Source: Candidatus Thorarchaeota archaeon
GTDB lineage: Archaea > Asgardarchaeota > Thorarchaeia > Thorarchaeales > Thorarchaeaceae
NCBI GenBank assembly: GCA_016839445.1
Contig: JAEOUG010000027.1
Coordinates: 35,113-99,112 of the forward strand
Length of the DNA stretch: 64,000 bases
Direction: 5' to 3'
The stretch's first letter is position 1; each line of letters begins with the position of its first letter. The notes below the pieces were generated by a model. It was not told the origin of the DNA, did no database searches, and saw nothing but the letters and a program-made list of their open reading frames with translations. A program made the translations under genes and the position numbers. Below, one piece after another: positions 26,014 to 34,515 of the stretch.

Positions 26014-28572
26014 TTGCGCGCCAAATCGGCAATAAAAGAGAAAATCCTGTGTTCACTCCTCATTGCCCTACTTGTTGCTAGCTTTGGAAGTACCGTGGCA
26101 ATCAGGAGTTCGGTACCAGTGGCCCAAGCATTGCCAGACCGTGTAGATCAGGGCACGACAGCTGCGGGCCTAGATCTCTATGTTGATGAAGAACTAACAT
26201 GCTTCATAGAGGACTGGCCGGACACGGCCACCAGTGCAGGCGTCGAAAACGTTGCCAACATAGTTGGAGAACCTGACGGCCTGATGATGAATATGGTTGC
26301 GAGTACAACCTTCGAGTATGCCTTACTGAAGGTAAACGGCTCCATCATGAGCGACTACATGTGGTTGAGAGGGTGTGTCGATACAGGTGGCGCTCACACG
26401 ACACTGATGGTATACAGCTGGATGGACCCGTATACCGAGCCTGACCTTTCAAAGGTCTATGAGTCTAGCCCTGAGATTCGCCAGGAGTGGAATTGGCTGG
26501 CCTATCTCGTCACACCGGAAGGTGATTTCCTCGTTGAGTATTCAAACACCTCAATCGAGTACATCCTGCTTGTGGGTCTATCTGATGCGCCCGGACTTGG
26601 TACGTGGCATAGCTTCGACGCCATCGAGATTCATGGATACACGAATGTCATGGCAGACGAGGAGAACAATGGCATACCTGATATCTGGGAGTATCCGCAA
26701 GTAGTGATGAACGAGTCATCGGTCGAAGTGGACCTCTTCGGTCACACGTGGGGGGTCATGGGTCTCGTTGGAGTAGCCGCAGAGGGTAGCACAAACCTCG
26801 ATTTCCTCACGCCCTTCATCAAACTGGGCGTTGTAGACCCCGAGGATGTTGATGAGTCCCACTTCTATGTGATATGCCAGTGTGAACTCACGACGGACTG
26901 GAACGGAACAGAAGATGAGGACCGATGGTTCTACTACGAGTTCCTGGAGTCATATGACCTGATGAACTGGACGTATATTCAGGGCAACGCCACCATAAGA
27001 GACGCAGTTGATGATGCGTTTGGGAAGTACTTGGGCATCGACGGTAGGATTCGCACATACCATGTCATAGACTACACAGTTGATGGGACCTTCGACCCAC
27101 ACGATTACTATGGCTCGCAGGGTCAGATCAATGCGGAGTACAATACACTGGATGTGAAGACAAACACACCCAGCACAGCTCAGGAGAAGTTCGACCTTGA
27201 CGTCAGCATAGTGCTCGACATCGTCGAGAACGTGATGGACGCGGTGATGGTCGGTGGCGACATGACGAAGCAGTTCATGAGCAAGCTAATCGGGTTCATT
27301 CAGGGTAAGATGCTTGATGGCATCGGCAAGGAACTCCTTGAGAAGATTACGAAGAAGGCTCTCAAGACAGCTCTGAAAGCAATCATATCGTTCACGACAA
27401 TCAAGGACATCGTGGTTAAAGGTTCAAAGATCCTAGAGAAGCTCGGAGTCACACTTCCCGACTGGCTCAGGAAGGCCCGTGACTTCGTGGAGAGCATACC
27501 CTTCATAGACCCGCCAGTTGAAATCTGGAGAGTCAGACTGACCTTTGTCAATGAAACGACAGGACTACCTATTCTTGGCTATGACTACATCAACAATGTG
27601 ACAATAGACACGCACCCGCAGGGGATATACTTCGGGGACACCTACAGCGCCCAGGTGATCATTTCATCTAGGGACATATTCCCCGTCATAGGTAGAATCC
27701 AATCAGTGAACGGATCACGAACCCTGACTGGCAACCTGTACGTTGAGGACTTCGGCCTGCTAGAGGCCACCAGAGCTCGGTCATCCTTGGAGCCGGGTGA
27801 GGCTGCTCACGGCCGCATGTATACCATACCACCAGACGGATCTGTTGTCATTAGCCAGTGCCAGATATCGGTTGCTTCCAGTCTCCCCTCTACCGTGGAG
27901 ATAGGAGGGCAGTTCAACGTCTCTCTGTCCGTAAGCGATGAGAACGGGACGCTAATGTCCGACGTCGCGCTCTTGCGGGCGGCGATTAACAACATGCCCA
28001 ATGAGATGGTTGAGCTACCTGCAACCCCGGAGGTCGATGGAACATTCACCCTCATGGTGGACACTGGAACACTCGGTGTGTCACCAGACGACCACATGAT
28101 TGCAGCTCTCTACAAGCCAGCTACTATGTTCCATGACTACTGGAACTTCACCTTCGTGCTTGACGACACCGTGGCACCCACAATACAGAATGTGACTGCC
28201 ACGTTCAGTGAAGACGGAAGCACCGTCATCTTCAGCGCGAGGGTGACCGACTACGACCTCAACATCAGCAGTGTGATGCTGAAGACCATCGATGGCTCCA
28301 CGGACCCGCTGCTTGCCGTGACACACACAATGACATACAACGGAAGTCACTTCGTCGCCAATCTAGCATCTTCGGAATTCAGTGCCAATATGATCTACTA
28401 CCGAGTTCAGGCATCTGACAATTCCGGGAACGATGCCCAGTCGGCTCTTGCATCAATAAGACGGGGTGGGCTTTCTGAGCTCGGACCTCTTACCATTGCA
28501 ATAGCAGCTGGAGTCGGGATTATAGCCGTGGCAGGGATTGGTTTCTACATGATGAGACGTCCAGGACGGTAG
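26014..28572 (+). CDS. Large secreted, C-terminally anchored surface protein
   Basis: Signal peptide, acidic beta-rich body with NxT sites, Ig-like C-terminal domains, C-terminal TM + RR; GGAGG SD before TTG 26014. Confidence 0.7.
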   Translation: MRAKSAIKEKILCSLLIALLVASFGSTVAIRSSVPVAQALPDRVDQGTTAAGLDLYVDEELTCFIEDWPDTATSAGVENVANIVGEPDGLMMNMVASTTFEYALLKVNGSIMSDYMWLRGCVDTGGAHTTLMVYSWMDPYTEPDLSKVYESSPEIRQEWNWLAYLVTPEGDFLVEYSNTSIEYILLVGLSDAPGLGTWHSFDAIEIHGYTNVMADEENNGIPDIWEYPQVVMNESSVEVDLFGHTWGVMGLVGVAAEGSTNLDFLTPFIKLGVVDPEDVDESHFYVICQCELTTDWNGTEDEDRWFYYEFLESYDLMNWTYIQGNATIRDAVDDAFGKYLGIDGRIRTYHVIDYTVDGTFDPHDYYGSQGQINAEYNTLDVKTNTPSTAQEKFDLDVSIVLDIVENVMDAVMVGGDMTKQFMSKLIGFIQGKMLDGIGKELLEKITKKALKTALKAIISFTTIKDIVVKGSKILEKLGVTLPDWLRKARDFVESIPFIDPPVEIWRVRLTFVNETTGLPILGYDYINNVTIDTHPQGIYFGDTYSAQVIISSRDIFPVIGRIQSVNGSRTLTGNLYVEDFGLLEATRARSSLEPGEAAHGRMYTIPPDGSVVISQCQISVASSLPSTVEIGGQFNVSLSVSDENGTLMSDVALLRAAINNMPNEMVELPATPEVDGTFTLMVDTGTLGVSPDDHMIAALYKPATMFHDYWNFTFVLDDTVAPTIQNVTATFSEDGSTVIFSARVTDYDLNISSVMLKTIDGSTDPLLAVTHTMTYNGSHFVANLASSEFSANMIYYRVQASDNSGNDAQSALASIRRGGLSELGPLTIAIAAGVGIIAVAGIGFYMMRRPGR

Positions 28573-28671
28573 ATCAAGGCATCCAGAACACCCAGGACAA
28601 GGGGCATGTATCGTCTCTTGTCCCCTTCTCTTTCTGGTCACCTTTGAAGCCGATGATCCGCAGCTCCGCGT

Positions 28672-29610
28672 TTATTCAATGCGAGATTTCATTCCATCGT
28701 ACTCTCGGGCACGGTCTTCAACATCATTGTCAATCAGGTAGCGGGCATAATCAAGATAGTCAAACCAGTCGACTGCCTCAACAAGCCCCTGCTTTGTCAA
28801 GCCATACTGCAAGAAGCCCCACATGGAGAAGAAGAATATGAGCATGAACTTCATCCCTGCCAGTCTTAGACGATGCTTGGCAGTACTATTCCCGAAGTAA
28901 GACTCTATCAGCAACTCCTCCAGCTCAGATGGAATGGGCCCAATATTGTCATGGCAGTAGACAAGGCTCGCGAGATCATGATATGGGTCGCCCATTCCTG
29001 CAAACTCGAAGTCGAGGAGAGTGATCTCCCGGGAGGAGTCAGACTGGACCATGTTCACACATACAAGATCGTTGTGGGTGAAGACAGGCCTGTAGCTCTC
29101 ATCCTCTTGCTGGTCTAGCTCAATCGAACATACGGTCTCAAGTAGCCGGTCCATACGTGTGGGCAAGGGTACGTCCAACCGCACACAATCGTCTACATAT
29201 CGCCGCACTCGCTTGAAGGGACATGCATCAGCCGAGATTGCAGGAAGAGAATGGAGGCGCTTCAGAAGGTGTACGACTTCAGCAATCTTGCCTTGGGTTC
29301 TGTACTCCTCAGGAGTCCAATGTTTCCCTGCAATCACCCTGGTTAGAAGGTGTCCTTCGGGCAGGAGATACTCAATGACTTCCGGCCCGATTCCTGCGCG
29401 TGAGGCCACATTCAGAGCCTCCAGTTCATTCTCCCGATTGATGCCGAGGTAGGATGCATTCGGCCCGCCAAGCCGAAGAACGTACTCATTGCCTTCAGTT
29501 TTCACCAAGTAGTTCTTGTTTGTGAGGCCCCCGATTCTTTGCACTGATAGGTGCGTCGCTTCTCTCAGGGCAGGAATCCTGTCAATCAAGCCGTCCGGAA
29601 GTTCTTCCAA
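28672..29610 (-). CDS. Choline/ethanolamine kinase (APH-like phosphotransferase)
   Basis: GGLTNKNY, VLRLGG, HNDL..N (Brenner motif), LLDFEFAG. Confidence 0.88.
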   Translation of the reverse strand: MEELPDGLIDRIPALREATHLSVQRIGGLTNKNYLVKTEGNEYVLRLGGPNASYLGINRENELEALNVASRAGIGPEVIEYLLPEGHLLTRVIAGKHWTPEEYRTQGKIAEVVHLLKRLHSLPAISADACPFKRVRRYVDDCVRLDVPLPTRMDRLLETVCSIELDQQEDESYRPVFTHNDLVCVNMVQSDSSREITLLDFEFAGMGDPYHDLASLVYCHDNIGPIPSELEELLIESYFGNSTAKHRLRLAGMKFMLIFFFSMWGFLQYGLTKQGLVEAVDWFDYLDYARYLIDNDVEDRAREYDGMKSRIE

Positions 29611-29676
29611 GTCCTCTGAAACACTCCTTAATCAGTTAATGCCAAGAACGAGAATATAAGTGAGAATCTTTGAGGA

Positions 29677-29716
29677 CAAGAGGAAATGGAGAGTGGGAGC
29701 ATGCCCCCACTCATTT
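29677..29716 (-). terminator. Hairpin terminator of the fdh operon
   Basis: Minus strand GAGTGGGGGC-AT-GCTCCCACTC followed by TCCATTTCCTCTTG. Confidence 0.55.
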
Positions 29717-29732
29717 GAACGCAGGGGCGTCG

Positions 29733-30995
29733 CTAACGACTCTTGCTCGAGCCCTTCTCCTTCTTCATTATCGCCTGAATATCCAGAAATGTGTCGTCAA
29801 TCTGCAGCTCCTTGGTCATCGCATTAAACAATGGAGGTCCCTGTTCAATGTCCATGCCTGGAACATACTCGAAGACCTCACTCAGCTGTGAGTTCAAGAG
29901 AGTGAAGAGCTTTGATAGAGGCAGGTCCATTGGACATGCGTCTTGGCATTGCCCACATCCAACGCAGGAATCAGCAACGTGCGCCAACCGAGTCAGAGGA
30001 AACAGTGCATTTGGCGGAATCACTCCGGCCTCCAAGAACTCCCTGTCAGCCTCCAGCAGGCACGTCTCGCAGTAGCAGATAGGACAAGCGTCTCTGCAGC
30101 CGTAGCACTTAATGCATTTGTCAAACTCATGCTTCCAGTACTCGAATCTCTCCTCCAGAGACATCTCCATTATTGGCCCGAAGTCTCTCTCCCTCCATTC
30201 CTCAGAGAGTCTGACTTCTTCCTCTTCATGCTTTGATCTCAGTTGTACTGCATTCTTGGTTGGCTTCTTTGCTTCAATGCAGCCATTCTCAACACCGTTG
30301 TTGAGCAGTAGTCGCCCCTTATCCGATCCCACCTCGATGAACGTAGCACCTTCATCCTCGTCTTCAGTTCCCCACTTCCCACAGGCTAGATCTGCGAAGA
30401 CTGGTATCTTAGTGGTGCATCTTCTGCAGTTGTCCCTCCGGCCCTTAGAGTCTTCTTCGAGCTTCTTCAAGTCAATCGATTTTCTCGTACCATCTTTCAA
30501 GAAGATCGTAAGCTTGCCACTATCGATGTCTTCACGAATGACGTCTGCAGGATCAACTCCGAACTCCTCTCTGAGGACTCGTCGAGCCTCTGAAGGTGAG
30601 ATGGTTCCGGTGCAGTTGAGGCCTATCAGGAAGAGGTTTTCTCGCTCGATCTGCTGGCGCTTCTGGAGCTCTATGATGGCTCTGATGTCACAGGGCTTTC
30701 CCACGACCGCGAGCTTCATCGATGTACCGCCATCAAGATACTCCTTCACGAAGCGAGCGATATTTGGGATCGAGAAGTGCAGTGACCCTGCTGAAGCAGC
30801 AAGCTCCTCTGGCATGGATAGCAGAACAGGGATACCTGAGAACCTATCACCATTCTTGGCCCTGACTGCCACCACTCCATCAATGATTCCTTTCTCAAGT
30901 GCACATTTGAGAATCGTAGTGACTACTCCGCCAGATGGCACTGCTTCCAGTATGCTCTTGTCCAGAGACCTGACAATGTACATGTTATCGCTCAT
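29733..30995 (-). CDS. fdhB: Formate dehydrogenase beta subunit (FrhB/FdhB family, FAD and Fe-S)
   Basis: SGGVVT, VGKPCD, IGLNC, CRRC, CIKCYGCRDACPICYC, CVGCGQCQDACP; ATGA overlap with fdhA. Confidence 0.9.
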   Translation of the reverse strand: MSDNMYIVRSLDKSILEAVPSGGVVTTILKCALEKGIIDGVVAVRAKNGDRFSGIPVLLSMPEELAASAGSLHFSIPNIARFVKEYLDGGTSMKLAVVGKPCDIRAIIELQKRQQIERENLFLIGLNCTGTISPSEARRVLREEFGVDPADVIREDIDSGKLTIFLKDGTRKSIDLKKLEEDSKGRRDNCRRCTTKIPVFADLACGKWGTEDEDEGATFIEVGSDKGRLLLNNGVENGCIEAKKPTKNAVQLRSKHEEEEVRLSEEWRERDFGPIMEMSLEERFEYWKHEFDKCIKCYGCRDACPICYCETCLLEADREFLEAGVIPPNALFPLTRLAHVADSCVGCGQCQDACPMDLPLSKLFTLLNSQLSEVFEYVPGMDIEQGPPLFNAMTKELQIDDTFLDIQAIMKKEKGSSKSR

Positions 30996-33019
30996 TTCGA
31001 CACCTCCAGCTTCACAGCGCAGACTTTGTATTCTGGCATCCCGCAGGTGGGATCCAACACGGGGTTGGTAATCTTGTTTGCACAAGACTCACTGAAGTGG
31101 AACGGGAGGAAGACAAGACCCTCCGGCACTTGCTCGGAGATCAGAGCTTCAGCCTCGACGCTCCCCCTTCTGGTCCGAAGTGTGACTTTCTGACCGTTTC
31201 TGATGTTCTCGGATGACGCATCCTTTGGATTGATCTGACATTGAGCGTACGAGACCTCAGAGTCAAGCTTGGGTGTCCTGCGACTCATTGTCCCTGTATG
31301 GTAATGGAATATGGTCCTGCCCGTTGTCAGGAAGTAGGGATACTCCGAGTCCGTTAATTCAGCAGGCGGTCGGTATTCCACAACCTGAAGGTGTCCGAGA
31401 CCATCGGGTGTGTTGAACTTCTCCGTGAAGAAAGTAGACGTACCGGGATGGTCTTCAGTCGGACATGGCCACTGAATGCCGCCCAAGGCCTCCTTGAGGC
31501 GTTCGTACGTAATGCCCTTGTAGGGCGGAACTACTTGTCGGATTTCCTCGAATATCTCGCGGGGCGAGGAGAAGTCGAACTTCTCTTTGTAGCCCATCCT
31601 CTCCGCCACCTCTACGACGACCCACCAGTCGGGCTTTGCAGAACCTGGAGCCTCGATGAGTTTCTCTATCTTCTGAACGCGCCTGTCGACATATGCATGG
31701 ATTCCTTCACGCTCCACCCAAGTAGCAACTGGGAGTACTACGTGCGCCAGCTCAGCAGTTTCCGTTAGATAGATGTCCTGGACAACAAGGAATTCCTTTG
31801 CCTTGAGAGCCTCCCTGACATTGTCCACATCAGGGGCAGCCATCATCGGATTGGTGCCCACTATCCACATGTACTTGGTCTGCTGAATCATCTTGGTGTA
31901 GGGAAGGCCGGGCTCTGCAGGGAGATTCTCCACATCCCAGAGTTTCTCAAACTTCTCATGAGCGCCGGTTCCTACCTTCTGGAAGCCCGGGTAGAAGACG
32001 TTCAGGCACCCCATGTCACCTGTGCCTTCTCCGTTAATTTGGCCTCGTGTCGGACTGAGCCCAGTACCAGGTCGGCCGTACTGGCCAGCTATCAGTGCCA
32101 GTGACGCAAGGGCTCTGATTGCGTCAGAACCGGTAGTATGCTGGTTCACACCCTGATTGTAGAGCACGGAGCCGGTCTTGGCCTTGGCGAAGCACCGAGC
32201 CGCCTCCTGCAGAGTCCCAATTGGAATCTCGCAGGTCTCAGCGAGCTCCTCAAGAGAGAGAGAGGAGAGATACTTGCGGAGTTCGTCAATACCTGTAGTC
32301 CTTGACTCTATGAACTCCTTGTTCTCCAGTCCCTCATCCAAGATTATCTTCATCAGGGCATTGATGACTGCCACATCAGTCCCAATCTTCAGTTGGAGAT
32401 GGATGTCACCCAGTTCTCGTGCCGTGACTGTCCTTCTGGGATCCACCACAATCACCTTGGCCCCATTCTCCTTCGCTCTCATTACTCTTCGAGCCATAAG
32501 CGGAAACGTCTCCTTCAGGTTGATTCCAGCAAGGAAGACGCAATCGGCACTCTCGAGGTCGAGCTGCGAGATCGGCATCACTCCGGACCCGACGACGGGG
32601 CCCAAGCCAGCGGCAGTGGAAGAGTGGCAAAGGCGGCCGCAGTACTCCACATTGTTGGTCCCCATGACCACACGAGTGAACTTCTGAAGAACGTAGGCAT
32701 CTTCGTTGGTGTTCTTCCCAGATGCGAGGAGCCCGAACTCGTTCTTGCCAGCCTCCTTCAACTTGGACGCAATGAGGTCAAGGGCCTCATCCCAAGTGGA
32801 TTCGACGAGGGTCCCATTCTTGCGGATCAGTGGAGTCTTCAACCGATCTTCAGAATAGAGGAACTGGTAGGCGTTCCGACCTTTCGGGCAGTTGCCCCCC
32901 TCATTGACCGGGTGGTCGCTCTGTGGTTCTTGCCCAATGATCTTGCCGTCCTCAATGACGAGGTAGATTCCACAACCACAACTGCAGTAGGGGCAAATGG
33001 TCTTCTCGTAGGAGACCAT
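30992..33019 (-). CDS. fdhA: Formate dehydrogenase alpha subunit (Mo/W-bis-PGD), Cys form
   Basis: CPYCSCGC...CPKG 4Fe-4S motif, RLCHS active-site Cys-His, TTGR..FHYHTG. Confidence 0.92.
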   Translation of the reverse strand: MVSYEKTICPYCSCGCGIYLVIEDGKIIGQEPQSDHPVNEGGNCPKGRNAYQFLYSEDRLKTPLIRKNGTLVESTWDEALDLIASKLKEAGKNEFGLLASGKNTNEDAYVLQKFTRVVMGTNNVEYCGRLCHSSTAAGLGPVVGSGVMPISQLDLESADCVFLAGINLKETFPLMARRVMRAKENGAKVIVVDPRRTVTARELGDIHLQLKIGTDVAVINALMKIILDEGLENKEFIESRTTGIDELRKYLSSLSLEELAETCEIPIGTLQEAARCFAKAKTGSVLYNQGVNQHTTGSDAIRALASLALIAGQYGRPGTGLSPTRGQINGEGTGDMGCLNVFYPGFQKVGTGAHEKFEKLWDVENLPAEPGLPYTKMIQQTKYMWIVGTNPMMAAPDVDNVREALKAKEFLVVQDIYLTETAELAHVVLPVATWVEREGIHAYVDRRVQKIEKLIEAPGSAKPDWWVVVEVAERMGYKEKFDFSSPREIFEEIRQVVPPYKGITYERLKEALGGIQWPCPTEDHPGTSTFFTEKFNTPDGLGHLQVVEYRPPAELTDSEYPYFLTTGRTIFHYHTGTMSRRTPKLDSEVSYAQCQINPKDASSENIRNGQKVTLRTRRGSVEAEALISEQVPEGLVFLPFHFSESCANKITNPVLDPTCGMPEYKVCAVKLEVSK

Positions 33020-33020
33020 C

Positions 33021-33467
33021 TCACAGCCCTCCTATGGGGTTAGGACCGAGTTCCTTGATCTTCTTCACGAAGTCGTCCACCACAGCGGCATACTTGTTTG
33101 CCTCCGAGGCTGAGACCCACTCGAGACGAACTCTCTCAGGATTAATCCCCGCCGTTTCCAGCAGAGTCCTGAGCATCATGTAACGGCGCCTCGTGTAGAG
33201 GTTGCCAGTCTTGTAGTGGCAGACCCCAGGATGACATCCCGCAATGAGTACACCGTCGGCTCCCATCAGTATGGTCTTTAGGACCGTGGCCGGGTCGATG
33301 CGGCTCGAGCAGTTCACGCGGATCGCATGAACATGAGGAGAATACTGGATGCGGCTCGTGCCCGCCAAGTCGGCTCCGGCATAACTGCACCAATTACAGA
33401 GGAACGCTATGATTCGTGGCTTGAAGGTCTCAGACTTGGAGACCGCTTCGTTTGCTGCTTCTACCAT
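33021..33467 (-). CDS. mvhD: MvhD/FlpD-type [2Fe-2S] subunit
   Basis: FLCNWCSYAGADLAG, RVNCSSRID, GCHPGVCHY, WVSASE. Confidence 0.92.
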   Translation of the reverse strand: MVEAANEAVSKSETFKPRIIAFLCNWCSYAGADLAGTSRIQYSPHVHAIRVNCSSRIDPATVLKTILMGADGVLIAGCHPGVCHYKTGNLYTRRRYMMLRTLLETAGINPERVRLEWVSASEANKYAAVVDDFVKKIKELGPNPIGGL

Positions 33468-33522
33468 GGTACTCCACCAAGGTCGTTGGTCTAGGTTTCC
33501 CTGTCAATCACAGCCCCAGTGG

Positions 33523-33605
33523 TTACATTATGTAAGCGCAGCAGGGGAGTATCATTAACAAAGGTAATCTCTATGAATCATGATTCGAAATAAACCCCCT
33601 TAAAA
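33523..33605 (-). promoter_or_regulatory. Putative promoter of mvhD-fdhAB with palindromic operator(s)
   Basis: TTTTAAG TATA-like box (33605-33599), perfect palindrome GAATCATGATTC (33575-33586), TTACAT-T-ATGTAA (33523-33535). Confidence 0.4.
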
Positions 33606-33669
33606 GTATCACCAATGAGTCAAAGCCGATTGGCCCGACTACTCGTTGGTCGGCCGAGAAGTGGACTAG

Positions 33670-34335
33670 CTAGGCCCCAAGTACAACTGAGAAGAAGTAC
33701 GTAAGGACTACGATTGCCACACCTGAAGCTGCAGTCTTGATTCCATAGATGACCATGTTGGTTCTGGAAATGTGCCCAAGGAACAGCCCCAGTGCAAACA
33801 GGATGCCCATTCCCATGAGTATAGCGACCAAGAATGAGAGCTGGACGCTGAACCCAAAGAAGACCAGAGCAAGCGGCGATGCGGTGATGAGGGCAGTGAG
33901 GAAAGGAGATAGACCATTGATGACCGAGACCACAATGGTTGTGGTTCGAGATGCCTTCCAGTGAATGCTGTTGTGTAGGTCGGCAAGCATCGACTGCTCC
34001 AGCTCTTGGATGTCTCTCTTCCTCTCCGCACCTTCAGCAAGATAGGAGGACGTAATCCCAGACACAAGCATGGCTGAACTCGTCGCAAGTATAGCTAGAA
34101 GAGAGGTCTGGTAGATCAGAGACGGTGTCTGATGCGCCATTGAGATGTAGCCGCCAACAAGAATTCCCAGGATGGGCAGCAGGCCATCAAATGCGTTTAT
34201 CGTGAAGTAACGCCGGGCCAACTCCACGCCATGCGTCATGGCAAGCTGTGTTCTGATTCCATCGAAAAAGCCCGGTGCTTCCTCTCTATCATTATTCCGA
34301 GATTCACTTGCGTTGTCGATATCTTGCTCACTCAC
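33670..34335 (-). CDS. VIT1/CCC1-like membrane protein
   Basis: RRYFTINAFDG..., SGITSSYLAEGAE, TM pattern; start uncertain. Confidence 0.75.
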   Translation of the reverse strand: MSEQDIDNASESRNNDREEAPGFFDGIRTQLAMTHGVELARRYFTINAFDGLLPILGILVGGYISMAHQTPSLIYQTSLLAILATSSAMLVSGITSSYLAEGAERKRDIQELEQSMLADLHNSIHWKASRTTTIVVSVINGLSPFLTALITASPLALVFFGFSVQLSFLVAILMGMGILFALGLFLGHISRTNMVIYGIKTAASGVAIVVLTYFFSVVLGA

Positions 34336-34515
34336 TAGGATTGACTCCAATCGCCAGTATAGGTTCTGCATCTACCTTAAAGAACTTAACTATTGTGCAT
34401 TTCTGCTTGTGGCGGTTTGCGCCACGCTGCAAGAGGAAGTGGAGAAGAGCCCCACTTCGACTCGGCACAAGAATCGCGAGAGGAGCACAAATGCCCCTCT
34501 CATTCCAGCCTAGGT

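Noticed and set aside
3785-29610. Eukaryote-like phosphatidylcholine pathway (PEMT-like, CDP-alcohol transferase, choline kinase)
   Set aside because: Genes are unlinked and belong to broad, widespread families; substrates cannot be inferred
30112-31071. 319-aa plus-strand ORF
   Set aside because: Antisense shadow of fdhB; Ser-rich with no motifs
30992-33467. Selenocysteine in FdhA or MvhD
   Set aside because: Open frames with Cys codons at the relevant positions
33470-33560. Moco/tungsten riboswitch upstream of fdh operon
   Set aside because: Only a short GGGAAACC element; other conserved features not evident, would need an Rfam scan
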